From Camelus dromedarius (Eukaryota): DNA of 64,000 bases. The stretch is from contig NC_087437.1 of assembly GCF_036321535.1 (NCBI RefSeq), positions 11,844,001 through 11,908,000 of the forward strand. The letters run 5' to 3'. Below the pieces are notes generated by a model, which was not told where the DNA came from, made no database searches, and worked only from the letters and a program-made list of their open reading frames with translations. A program made the position numbers and the translations under genes. This document shows positions 1-12,344 of this stretch, piece by piece (within the stretch, counting starts at the first letter, position 1; every line of letters starts with the position of its first letter).

Positions 1-1383
1 TTTGATCCATTGTTAGTTTTTTTGTGAGTGGTGTAAGATAGGGGTTCAATTTCACTTTTCTGCATAGATTTCTCCAATTGTCCCAATATAATTTGTTGAA
101 GAGACCATTCTTTCTCTGGGTGCTCTTGGCTACTTTGTCAAATATTAGTTGACTGTGTACATGGAGGTTTAATTCCGTTGCATTATATGTTTAATATATG
201 GGCTCTCTATTCTGGTCCATTGGTTTCTATGTCTGTTTTTATGCCAGTACTGTACTGTTTCATTACTATAGCTTTCTAGTCTAGTTTAAAATCAGGACAT
301 GTAATGCCTCTGGCTTTGTTCTTCTTTCACAGAATTGATTTGGCTATTTGGGGTCTTATGTGGTTCCATACAGATTTTAGAACTGCTTTTTCTATATATG
401 TGAAAAAATGCCATTGGAATTTTGATAGGGATTGCATTGAATCTGTAGATGGCTTTGGATAGTATGGACATTTTAACAATATTAATTCTTTCAATCTATG
501 AACGCAGAATGCATTTTCATTTGCTTCTGCCTTTGATTTCTTTCAACAAAGTTTTGTAGTTTTAATTGGATAGAATTTCACTTCCTTTGTTAAATTTATT
601 CCTAAGTGTTTTTACTGTTTTTGATGACATTGTGAATAGAATTGTTTTATTTCTTTTTCAGATGTTTCACTGTTCATGTATAGAAATACAACTAATTTCT
701 GTGTGTTGACTTTATATCCCGAAACTTTACTGAACTTGATTAATTCTAATAGTTTTTTAGTTGAGTCTTTGGGATTATCTATATATGAAATTTTATTATA
801 TGCAAATAATGACAATTTTACTTCTTTTTTTCTCATTTGGATCCTTATGTTTCTTTTTCTTGCTTGATTGCTCTAGCTGTGACATCCAGTACTATTTGAG
901 TAAGAGTGATGAGAGTGGCAGCCTTGTCTTGCTCCTGCTCTTAGAGGAAAAGCTTTCAATTTTTCATCATTGAGTATGATGTTAGCTGTGGGCTTGTCCT
1001 CTATGGATTTTATTATGTTGATGTATGTTTCTTCTATACCCAGTCTGTTGAAGATTTTTACCAGGTAAGGGCATTGTATTTTGTCAGATGATTTTTCTGC
1101 ATCCTTTGAGATGACCATGTGATCTTTATCTTTCATTCTATTACAATGTGGTGCATAATGTTTACTGAGTTTTGTATGTTGAACTATCTTTGCATTCCAG
1201 AGGTAAGTCCTGCTTGGTCATGGTGTACAATCCTTCTAATACATTCTTGGATTTTGATATTATTTGATTGTTTGATATTATTTTGTTGAAGGTTTAAAAA
1301 TCTATATTGATTAGGTTATTGGTCTATAGTTCTCTTTTCTTGTAGTGTCCATATCTGGCTTTAGCATTAGGGTGATGTTAGCC
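1..1383 (-). mobile_element. LINE-1 fragment containing disrupted ORF2 (reverse transcriptase region); runs off the window start
   Basis: Minus-strand ORFs 873..1136 ([16 protein letters not shown]...[26 protein letters not shown]) and 612..836 (KEVKLSLFA...NPKDSTKKLLELIKFSKVSGYKVNTQK) are recognisable L1 ORF2 RT segments broken by stops and frameshifts. Confidence 0.95.
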
Positions 1384-1589
1384 AGGTTATTTCCAACTCA
1401 AAGGTCACCTACTTGAAGAGGTTTCTCTGACTACTGTTCTTGAATTTGCCATAAACACACTAGGATAGATAGATTTCAAAAATGGTGGCAATTTTTCATC
1501 CCTGTCTGTTTCCATACCTCTTAAGTTTTCAGCTCTTCCCATCAACAAGTGGAATTTTGTAGATTTGATATGGCCAACAGAATGAAACC

Positions 1590-1868
1590 AAAGTGACATG
1601 AGAGCAAGCATGGCCTGTTGGCAGATGACAGTCCATGTGGAGGAGAGCCCAGTTGCCTCAACATAGATCAGCTGATCCCCATACATGTAAGAGGCTCTAG
1701 CCAAGATCAGTAGAACCATCAACCCGACATGTAGCTGACCACTGAGAAATGAGTGAGGCTGGCTGAGTCCAGAAGAATTATCAGCTGATCTGTAGTGATA
1801 ATGAAGGCTTGTTGTTTTAGGTCACTGAATTTTGGGATAATTGTTTACACAGTAATAGCTAACTGATT
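1590..1868 (+). mobile_element. MaLR LTR (MLT1-type) 3' portion
   Basis: Typical MLT1 terminus 'ttgttgttttaggtcactgaattttgggataattgtttacacagtaatagctaactga'. Confidence 0.7.
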
Positions 1869-1889
1869 AATTCACCACTTTATATTTCT

Positions 1890-2200
1890 TACCATTATCT
1901 GAAGTTATCTTGCATATTTATTCATCTGTTAGACTCTTCCACTATAAAGTAAGCTCTCTGCTGGCCCTGGTAACCCAGCCCCTAAACTAATACGTGATAA
2001 TTACTCAATAAATATTTGTTAACTGGGTGAATAAGAGTGAAGTAATATTCAAGCACCAGTATGTATAAGGTACTTTATCTCCCTCTTTCTTATTTTAACC
2101 TTCTGAAGAATCCTGTAAAGAAGGTATTATTATTCTTAGTTTTCAAATGAAAAACAAAATAGTTAAGTATCTTGCGTAAGTCCAATAGTTATAAAGAATC
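1890..2200. mobile_element. Degenerate L2 3' tail followed by a MIR fragment
   Basis: 'ctcaataaatatttgttaactgggtgaata' (L2 tail), then 'aggtattattattcttagttttcaaatgaaaaac' (MIR core, reverse). Confidence 0.55.
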
Positions 2201-4800
2201 AGAGTTGAGCGTATGTATATGTAACCTCTATGGACTGATCAAACGATTGGCATGGGAAAACATACATTGTTTGGGGACAGTACATCGTATTTTCTGTTCC
2301 TATTAGTTTGGGTGATAAATAAAAATAGCATCTTGTTTCTAAAGATACTTAACATCAAAATAAAGCAAACTACAAGGAAATAACAACTGCAAATTATTTA
2401 CATGAACAAACAATTTACATTGACTGACTCAATTCTCAAGCAGCTACTGTGACAAGTTCTTATCTGCCCCCACTGACCAGCAGTGGAACCATGAATGGGT
2501 CTGAGAACTGCTGCGTTTTCCCACAGGGTCTCACACAGTTAGAAGACACTACCATAGGGTGAGGCTCTCAGAGGCCCTGTGTCCTGCTCAAGGCTGGAAC
2601 TTCAAGCCTCTCTGTTTCAACCTAAATAAGGCTCATTTCTTCTTCAGAGATGGGAACCAGAAGAACTGGGGTCCTCAACAGGGTCAAACCTGAAAAGAAA
2701 GAGTGGTAAGAAAAGGAAATAATCTCAGTCATATTCATGGAAAATCTTACTCTGGCTCCAAGGGGATTAGAGCTGTGTGGGGGTATTTTGGGGACAGAAA
2801 TGAAGCTGATTATGGAAACTTTAAAATTGGTATATAATTTACATACTAAAGGGAAAACCTTTGAAATGTAGTTGTTAACAACAGGAAAAGTAAACAAGTG
2901 AGGAACTGAGCTACCAGGGGCCAGACAGAGGACTGGGTGCTTGATCTGGGACGTCTCATCAGTTAATCTTCTGAAGCACACGGTCAGGCACACCAGTGGA
3001 ACTGTACATTTCATGCTGCAGGGAAGGGAGCCTCACAAAGGCTGTTTGGCCCAAGGTTATCCAGCCTTGCTAAGGTCATACTGATAATTCTTTCCCCCTT
3101 ATCTCAGAGGGGTACTGTAGAATTTGCCACACCATTCTATACGGTTTTCTGTAAATACTCAAACTCGCTTGACATCATCCTTCATTTCAAGGGCAATTTC
3201 GAAGAAAATACCCATCTGCAGCAATAAAGGCATTTTCACTTTTATGATGGCTGATTATCATATGAATAATAGAATCTATACTAATTTTGAATTAGAACTG
3301 GTGTCTAGTAATATATAACGTGAAATAGTGTGCTAAGAGGAGCAATACGCATCAGAAATAGTGACTTCAGAGGTGTTGGCGCCTAGAAAAGCTTCCCTTT
3401 GAGCAAAAATAATGCCCTCATTGGCCCTCATGAGATTCTCACAACCAAATAAATCTGATTTTGCCGTATAGTTCCCATTTAAAGTCACTTTATTCTATTT
3501 TAAAAACATAGCCATTCATTTCTCAGTTTGCCCAGGAGGAAACAGAAAGCAAAGATAAATAGCAAATCAACAAAAAAAGGGTTTTTGGCCATATGGTTAT
3601 TTTAAATAAATATTTGGTTTGAAGAATGGGTAGCATTTGAATCCATTCCTGTTTTTCCTCTGACTGCTTTCTTTCGCCAAGAGAGGAGAATTAAACTTGA
3701 CTTGCTCATATTTATCCTCCAGCCCTGGTGATTTCCTGGATTATTTGCTGTATGTGGCTTTGATGGCATAGTCTTCAGCCCCAGGAGGCCTTGTTCCAGA
3801 GGAGAGAGCTATAATTTAAGTCAGTTTGATGTGAGGTTTGCATTTCTCTTATTTAATGTCATTAGCAGAGAGTTTTTCTCTGAGTAATTAAGTATTCTTT
3901 GGGTTCCTTCTCTCCGCTGATCATTGACTGTTTTCCAGTGGGCAAACACAGACCCAGAGAATTATTTTCTCTAAAAACAAATAGGAAAAAAAATGAGTAT
4001 GTCCACATGTATTAGCTTCAAGAATGCGTCTTTCATGTCAGTGGAATGTGGGTTGAAATGGCTAAAAGATTGGATCCAACTTTTGCTTTAATCCTGATAA
4101 AATAGGGCAAACTCTAAATATTTTCAACTCAAGAATTAGGGCAAGATGGGGAGAAATACACTGGGTGTTTTCGTGAAGTCAGGTCCAAATGCTGCATTGT
4201 TGCAAACAGGGGGAAAATGTGAATAAATTTGCCTCCCAAGCCTCAGAGAGATTGAAAACATCAGTAATGAAGGGGCAGACAAACAGAGCAAATGGAACTA
4301 TGGAAACATTACTGTTCCCAAACAAACTCTGTGCAATTATGAGCCCAGAGAACACCCACGGAGCTCTCAAACTGGGTACCAGGGAAGGCAGAGGCTGCTA
4401 ACTTCTAAGCAAGTGACAATAAGAAAGGGAAAAAACCCAGCCGGGCTGAGCTTGCCCTTCTCAGCTGGGCCCAGAATAACATTGCTTGAAGAAAACAACA
4501 TGAAGCCTGGCACTCAGGGAGCCACAAATAATAGCTGTATTCTAGCAAATGCAGGGGAAAAGACAGTCTTTATTTCTTAAAGGAACTACAGGTTTACAAT
4601 GTTATTAATGGGTATGTATTATGTCAAAATGATCTCTTGCCAGCCAGTGCAAAAGTAGAAGCTGTATCCACACAAGTGGCAAGATGTTCTTTAAATCACT
4701 GACATTTCTCAGTAGGCTAATACCTATGACTGAGGATATACATGCAGGCTTAGCTGTGTGAGCCCATTTCAAGATGTGGCTGACTTCCTGAGTCCCAGAG

Positions 4801-4965
4801 CAGAGCTTCTCAAACTTTAATGTGCACAATGCAGTCACCTGGGATCTTGTCGAAATTCAGGTTCTGATTCAGCAGTTCTGGGTGGAGCCTGAGATTCTGC
4901 ATTTCTACCCACTCCCAGGTGATGACCATGCTGCTGGTCCCTGAATCACATTCTGAGTTGCAGTG
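4801..4965 (-). mobile_element. hAT-Charlie MITE, MER5A/MER5A1-like
   Basis: Termini 'cagagcttctcaaacttt' and 'tgagttgcagtg', with internal 'ctgattcagcagttctgggtggagcctgagattctgcatttct'. Confidence 0.85.
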
Positions 4966-5499
4966 CTCTAGAAAACATCATGTCAACATAACGAGAAACG
5001 GGGAGGGCAGTTTGGAACTAATTAGATTACACACATGGGATATCGCAGAATAAAATGGGACTTTAATTAGCATTCGAATGTGCTTATTGCAATATGAGAT
5101 AAAAAAGACACTTTCTTTTAGAAGACTCATTTCTTCCTTTCCCACTGAGCATTGAAGTTACAACAGATGCAGAATTTGGTAATATATGTGTATCTTTGTG
5201 TCAAGGGACCTAAGAAATCAATAAGAAAGTAAGTCCTTTTGTAACCAAGCAAGACCCTAGTGTCATCAGTGACCATATGGTATGTGCAACTGCTTAATTG
5301 TATAAGAGTTTAGGTGGCTTTTCTCCTGCTCTTGCCAGCAAGGGTTGGGCTGTAGAGAAGTGAGGCTTGGGTGGTCTGCCCAACCCCATCATGGTGCTAC
5401 ATGTAGGGATCATGCTCAGTGCCCTCCTTTTGCCCCTAGTGCCCTGTTTTTACTCCTGACACCTCAGAAATGGCAGTTGGGTTTCAATTTTCTGTATCC

Positions 5500-6081
5500 T
5501 GTTGTTTATAATAACTCACTCTAATTGCTCAAACATGCATTTATTTTTAGCTCCTTGTGGTTTCTTTGCATTCTGTTGTTTGAAGTGCACATCCCAGCCT
5601 GTGCAAACACTGCAGCAAGAGGTCTCAGACCTCAGTCTGTCTAAAATGCTAGTAGCATATATCAACCTGACACAAGTAAAATGCACAAGTTTTTCTATGG
5701 AGCACTTTTACAAAGACCCCCTTCCTTAGCACCCTTTGTTCCAGACACAAGAATAGTAGGAGAGTCCCAAATCCAGGGGAAAACATCATACCCAGCAAAA
5801 GGAAGGGGCCCCCTTCATCTGCAAAAACAAGAATGACTTTGCAACAATTTGTTACCCTGTATGCAATTTCTATGGACACCAGCACTGTCCCTTGAACTCT
5901 TGAATGTTTACTATAAAACTCCCTTCCTTCTCTCCCCAGCAGGCTCACAGTCTTGGAGACATTAGCCCTCTGTGACCAACTTTGCCTGGCAAAGAAATAA
6001 AGATGCCTTTTCTACTTCATCCAAAATTCTGTCCTCGAGTCTCAATTCAGTAATGGGGGCACAGAGGCCACTTTGGCAACA
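5500..6081 (+). mobile_element. ERV solo LTR (ERV1-like)
   Basis: TG...CA termini (tgttg...ggcaaca), TATAAAA at 5912-5918 and AATAAA at 5996-6001. No clean TSD, so the left boundary is approximate. Confidence 0.7.
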
Positions 6082-6173
6082 CCTTGACTCCCCATCTAGT
6101 GATGCTTCTGCAGTGTCCAAAGGTCCCCTCTTCTATTCAGGATCAGTGCAGCTGCAGCAAACTCCTTCCCATC

Positions 6174-7278
6174 CTGGATTAGTTTCCTTTGGCTGCTGTA
6201 ACAAATTATCACAAATGTGGTGATTTAAAACAACAAAAATGTATCTTCTTACAGTTCTTCAGGCCAGAATTCCAAAATCCTTATTACTTAGTGGAAATCA
6301 AGGTGTCCCCAGGACCGTGCTCTCTCTAAAGGTTCAAGAGGAGAATCTGTTCCTTGTCTTTTCCAGCCTCTGGTTGTAGGTTCTGTCTGGCAGAAGTCCC
6401 ACCAAGATGGAATGAATTACTCGAGACTCTGTGGAAAGTCAAGAGAGTGAGACGGAGTCAGGGACCAACTCCACGAGCCTCTCAAATGTTCCCACATTTA
6501 TTATGTAAAATCAAAGGAAAAAATCACCAATAGTTGTGAGATGGAATACAGGCACTTAGGGAAAGACAGGATGGGATCGAGATCGTAGAATCCACAATGA
6601 GTACAAAGGCTTAGTTTATCTTTAGGGAAGTCATGGGGAGAGGGGAACAAGGTACATTCTTTAGATATAAGATGTTAATTGCAAAGCAGACCACCAGACC
6701 AGCCAGTTCCTTGTCTTGGGGATAACAGACTATCTAAACAGCAGGAAGCACGCCCAGTGTTTATATCTGAGGGCATGGGTCATTGCTTTGCAATGAGCAG
6801 AGTGCTACCTAAACCCTCAACTATCAAGCAAGGCATTGTCTCTGCTTTTCACAGCAAGGAGACAGGAGTGTGGATGCACAGGTGCCTGCTAGCAAACCAG
6901 TTATTAAGCACATTTGTTCTTTTTAAAGGTGACAAGTGGCTGGGGTCTGTTACAATTTGTTAACCCAATCATGGGCTCCCACATCTGGTAGCTGCCATCA
7001 TCCCTTGGTTTGTAGCTGTATCACTTCAGTCTTCAAGGCCAGCTTTGTCTTCACATTGCCTTCTTCCCTGAGTATGCCTGTGTGGAATCTCCATCAGGCT
7101 CTGTCTTATAAAGATACCCATGACTGCACTTAGGGCCCACTCAGAAAATCCAGGGTGATCTTCCCACCTGAAGATCCTTACTCAAATCTGCAAAGACCCT
7201 TTTTCCACACTAGGTAATACTGATGTTTCTGGGGGCTAGGACCTGATACCTTTGGGGGCTTTTATTCAGCCTGTCACA
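6174..7278 (-). mobile_element. MaLR LTR (MLT1B/C-like), split by a younger LTR at 6375-6983
   Basis: 'attagtttcctttggctgctgtaacaaattatcacaaa...' to '...ttcagcctgtcaca'. The MLT1 sequence resumes in register after the insert. Confidence 0.85.
6375..6983 (-). mobile_element. Young solo LTR, ERVK/betaretrovirus-like (609 bp)
   Basis: Minus strand begins TGTGGGAG and ends CCTACA. Perfect 6-bp TSD TCTGGT at 6369-6374 and 6984-6989. AATAAA on the minus strand near 6500. Confidence 0.85.
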
Positions 7279-7599
7279 CACCAATAACAACTGAACAATT
7301 CCTCAGGCATGCTCAGAAAGGTTTACTGACATGGCAGGTCAGAGTTGAGATGAGGGGTCCCAGGCCAGTTGATACAGCCATTCATGTAGCACTGGGTATC
7401 AGGGCAGATCAGCTTCTCAGATGCACATGGAGCTTAATTTATGGGGCATTCATAGATGACATTGCCTGCAGTGGAATTTAGCTCATTGGGCAACATGTCT
7501 GTACACTTTGCCTCTTAGATCACAGGTAATGAGTGCCACCCTGTCTTTCATACCGAAAGCTTTTCCTGTAGAGCTAGAAAAACCTTTTTTGTTGTTTCT

Positions 7600-7790
7600 G
7601 TTTTTGAAACTTTTAACATGCTTTTCTGAAATAATTATAGATACACAGGTAATAGCCAGGATATGTCCAAGGAGTCTTCTTGTACCTGTCACCCAGCCTC
7701 CCGCCATGGTCACATCTTGCATCACCATAGGGCACTATCAAAACCAGGAACTTAACATCCGTGTAATTCACAAAGCTTATTGACAAGACT
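7600..7790 (-). mobile_element. Old L1 (L1MC-like) 3' end fragment
   Basis: 'ttttctgaaataattatagatacacagg...cacccagcctcccgccatggtcacatcttgcat...tcaaaaccaggaa'. Confidence 0.7.
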
Positions 7791-8750
7791 CAGATTTTTA
7801 ACTGATTAAATAATAGCAAAGGACTTTTGAATGTTTTCATATTTATTTTACAAATTCATAGACCAGATGCCATTATTACAGCCTGTTCCAGCCCACAATC
7901 AGAGATAAAAGGCATGCTATGGTTTAGAGGTATAGAAATGCTCTCACCAGGAGATGGCACCTTAAATGTACATTGTGAACCAGGAAACTGATGCTGTCAT
8001 TTCTTGCCTCCAGCATCTCCGCATTTCATCTGCTACCATATAGCTAGTAATGAAATAAATTTAAAGGCATGAATCTGACATTATACTCCACTTATATCTG
8101 TAGTTGTTTACATGTGTAGTTAGAGTTTTTATGTGATGGGGTTTTGATTTTCATAGCGCAGCTTCATGAATTGTAATGAATTGTACAATATTTTTAGGGA
8201 AGGTTGTTATTTTCTGTGAAAGGGATCTTATTCTTTGAATGTTAAGATCTACACTCTCTTCTTTGCTTCACATTTTCTGCTTCTGATGTTGTCAGCCTGG
8301 GGACAGGAGAAAGTGTCCAGGGAAAAGGTGAAAAATGGGGCAGCTGCGTGGGTGGGGGTCCTGCATTTTGCAGACCCTCCATAAGGGGTCAAAACTGGGG
8401 GCGAGCCTCAGGAGGCCCAAGAAAATAGCAACTGACTAAATCTAAATCTCTCCAAATATCTTCATGATGACACTAACTAACAAGGGAAATAAGATTACAC
8501 AAGTCCAATGCCTCCACGTTACCTGGGGGTAGAAAACAAAATACCGATTTCCATAGAAACTTTCCCTCAGGTTGAGTCAGAGTAAGGTGGGAGGTGTGAG
8601 CGTCCCACTACATGAAAGAAAAAAAAAAGGAGACTGAACTAAAATTATTGCTAGAAGAAAGAAAGACCACAGGAAGTACAACATCAGTGAAAAGTAGTCC
8701 TGGTGGATCAGCACACTGACCAGGAGAAGGGCTCAGAGTGAGCAGGCCTT

Positions 8751-9387
8751 GGAGGCATCCTGGGAAGTGGTCCTGGGAGGTGGTCCTGAGAGGTATCCTG
8801 GGAGGTGGTCCTAGGAGGTGGTCCTGAGAGGCGGTCCTGGGAGGTGGTCCTAGGAGGTGGTCTTGGGAGAAATCCTGGGAAGTGGTCCTAGGAGGTGGTC
8901 CTGAGAGGTGGTCCTGGGAGGTGGTCCTGGGAGGTGGTCCTAGGAGGTGGTCCTGGGAGACATCCTAGGAGGTGGTCCTAGGAGGTGGTCCTGAGAGGCG
9001 GTCCTGGGAGGTGGTCCTGAGAGGCGGTCCTGGGAGGTGGTCCTGGGAGACATCCTGGGAGGTGGTCCTGGGAGGTGGTCCTGGGAGACATCCTAGGAGG
9101 TAGTCCTGGGAGGCAGTCCTGGGAGGTGGTCCTAGGAGGTGGTCCTGAGAGGCATTCCGAGAGGTGGTCCTAGGAGGTGGTCCTGAGAGGTGGTCCTGGG
9201 AGACATCCTAGGAGGTGGTTCTAGGAGGGGATCCTGGGAGACAGTCCTGGGAGGTGGTCCTGAGAGGCATCCTGGGAGGTGGTCCTGGAAGGCATCCTGG
9301 GAGGTGGTCCTGAAAGGTATCCTTGGAGGCGGTCCTGGAAGGCATCCTGGGAGGTGGTTCTAGGAGGGGATCCTGGGAGGCATCCTG
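8751..9387 (+). repeat. G-rich minisatellite, 13-bp unit GGAGGTGGTCCTG with 12-bp variants GGAGRCATCCTG (about 50 units)
   Basis: Directly visible tandem array with no unique spacers. Confidence 0.97.
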
Positions 9388-9554
9388 CGCAGGCACTTCT
9401 AGGAGCCGACCCTTTGGAAATCACGTGGAGCTGAGAAAACAAGACGATGGTAGGTCAGGAAGAGGTTTAATTTCCATGAGGCAAAACAAAACCCCCAATC
9501 ACACTCTCTCCCCGCAAAGAGGGAGAGACGTCTGGAGTGTGTTATACCTCGGCA

Positions 9555-9775
9555 TGGCGCTGTGTAGAACCACACCAGAAGCTGAGGCAATGGGAAAAAT
9601 CAGCAACCCTTGATTCTGTCTTTATTTACAATTTTGTTATTTTGGTCATCATGGATTTTTACATTCTTTCTGACTTGTTAAAATACTGCATTGAAATACA
9701 ACTTCTTTTGATTATGGAGTGTTTTGGTGCCCCTTAATTTGTATCCCCCCTCACCTTACCTTTGCCCTGGTCCTG
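9555..9775. mobile_element. hAT-Tip100 non-autonomous element (Arthur1A/MER69-like)
   Basis: 'ctgaggcaatgggaaaaatcagcaacccttgattctgtctttatttacaattttgttattttggtcatcatggattttt...ttttggtgccccttaattt' resembles the recalled consensus. Confidence 0.65.
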
Positions 9776-10604
9776 CCTGGGGGGTCTTCTAAGCAGAGAC
9801 TCGGAAGCTGGGGCGGGTCCCTGCGGGGCTGCCCTGCGGGGGGGGGGGTATGTTTCCAGACTTTAAGCTCTCTGTAAATGCTGGGGAAGCAGCTCCGGGA
9901 ACCCCCAGATTCCTGTGGGGAAGAACCGTAGGTGCTGGCTGTTGGACGGAAAAGCACAACAAAGGGTTGGGAGAGGTGGCCAAAATAGTTAAAAAAGAAT
10001 TGGTGGAGATGTGGGGGCAGCATCCACCTTATTTGCTATAGAGACAGTTTTCCAACGTTGAGCTTTCAAAAGCCCCTCAACTCAATCACGCCACCAAGTT
10101 CACTGTCTTCATTTGTGGTGGTTTTCTTGATTCAGAGACTTGCTGTCCCCAGAGGTAGTGATCTCCGTGGGCTGTCCACACGCCCACTCACAGGGCCCCT
10201 TGACCTGTGAGGAACGGCTGTCCACGACGGCTGCCTGGGGTGGGGCTGACGGAGAGCCCAGCCCCCCTTGGTCCTGTCCCGGGCTTCGTCAGAACCACCG
10301 ACCTAAATGAATTATAGCTCTTCTCTCAGCTCGATGGCCATACCCGGGATCTGGCAGCGGGGAGCGGATGAATCAGCACAAATACGGGGCCATTATTGGA
10401 AAACACATTCAAAGCAAATAATAGGCTGGAAGCAGATAAAGGCGTAATCTCTGCATTTGAAAATTGTCATACATTTCCTGTACAGAATCTCTGGAGCTCT
10501 TCCCTGTAGGGCAGGAAACTGTATCAGTGAAAATAACCAGAACAACAACAAAAAATCCCCATACCCTACAAACAAACAACTACAGAATTTGAGGAGAAAC
10601 ATAA

Positions 10605-11160
10605 TCAGATTTTTTTTTCTGAAAGTAAATGGTGCGTTGATATACGGCATGCATCCAGAAATGTGCAAGAATTATGTGTACAACTCAATACATTTCCACA
10701 AAATTACTCCCATGATCCAGGGCTACCACCAGAAGCTTCCACATGCCCCGTCCCAGCGAGCAGCCTTTCCACGCAATCACTCTGCTGACGGATAATCCCA
10801 CGGTTTAGGTAGCCCGGGTTTGTACTTCATATAAATGAAACTGTGCAATAAATCCTCTCTTCTGTCTGGCTTCTTTGGCACAAATACTATGTTCGTGAGA
10901 GTCACACATATATTGTTGAAGTGATAATATGTTTATTTTTACTGCTGTAACATATCCCTTGTGTGAATATACTCCAGTTTATTTCCCTGTTTCCAGTGGC
11001 TGGACATTTGGTTTGTGTTTAGTTTGGGGCTGTTAGGAGTATGGTTGCTGTGAACATTTTTGTGCATGCACATTCTTGTATTTTGTATTCTAGGACATGT
11101 CTGGAGACATGGAAAGAACTTCTGCTGGGTTATACTTAGGAATTAAATTGCTATGGTTTA
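10605..11160 (-). mobile_element. Old L1 (L1ME-like) 3' end fragment
   Basis: 'tgtctggcttctttggcac...ggacatttggtttgtgtttagtttggggctgtt...gctgtgaacatttttgtgcatg'. Confidence 0.75.
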
Positions 11161-12344
11161 CAGAGCTTTATTGACATTTGAATGTTTATGAGTAGAACTG
11201 GGTGTATACAGCTCAGGACAGGATTGCTTGAAACAGGCAAGTTGCCTCCTCTCGCAGCACGGAATTCATTTAATTCCAATCCCGTCTTCAGGAGAGCATT
11301 TTCTAGTATGGTAACCCCTTATACTAGTCTGATTACAGTATGCCTATTATATTTAGCATTTATCTTGTTAGGCAATTTAAATTATTACTTTTGTACACGG
11401 ACACATGATGGACCCATTTTCAAAACTAAGGGTGGCAACAGAACAGAGTAGAATCTGATCCATTTCTAACAGGTGTGTTGGTAATCCTCGAGTCTTATCT
11501 GACAGACCTGCTTTAAACAGGGAAGTAGAAACTGCTCACCTGTTTGGAACGCTCTACTCTTCATATTTTTAACCTCTTGAAAGGTCTGACGTCACACACC
11601 TTTTAAGAGTAACTTTAAAATTTTTTGCCTGATTGTAAGACTTACCTGCAATACTTGTTAAAAAAAAAAAAAGATTTCAAGTCCAACGAGATCAGATGCC
11701 ATGCGGAGGAATCTGGGAATGACTGTCTTTCAAAACTGATTTTAGGGCAAGATTTGGAAACAGTGCTAAAGAGTATTACAAATTATTGCATATTCTGTAT
11801 GCTCAAACAATTATATGGGTAAAGTCATGGTTTCTGAGAGTTCCATTAAAAAAAATTGGGGCACCCAATAAAAGGCGTGTGGTATGTGTGTGTATAGAAT
11901 AAATGACAGATTTTTCCATCTTATTCAGTTCTCTGATATTACTGGTCATTCGTGGAGTATTTTCATTCATTTGACAGAAATGCTAAGTGCCCAAAAAGAA
12001 CTGTATTTTTTTAAAGTTTCACATAATATGACTCGTGCCTGAAGGAATTCTAGATATGACACTCACACAAGCAACTAAATCATAAAGTGGGATGATATTG
12101 TATAAACAAAGTTCCATAGGAGTGTCCAGAAGGGGGAAATAATTCTGAGCAACGTTTTGCATTTCTGCTCCAATTCTACCTCTCCTCCATGCACACTAGA
12201 GCAACAATTGCCCACATTCATGGGGAGCCATGTTCACCATGACCATTTATTAAAAATGTAAATCTAAATGGTGAGGTTAATGCATATACCGACCAGATTA
12301 GGAAACAGAATAATAGCATACAAGGCTGGTTGGTCAGCTTTCCA

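Noticed and set aside
1..1383. Active L1 ORF2
   Set aside because: Multiple stops and frameshifts, and the RT catalytic motif is degraded (FAYN in place of FADD).
8751..9387. Tandem array as a CRISPR array, a coding repeat (ORFs 9208..9396, 9221..9442) or a human PRDM9 motif array
   Set aside because: There are no unique spacers or cas genes and the DNA is mammalian. The 12/13-bp units shift frame and contain stops. The unit does not fit CCNCCNTNNCCNC.
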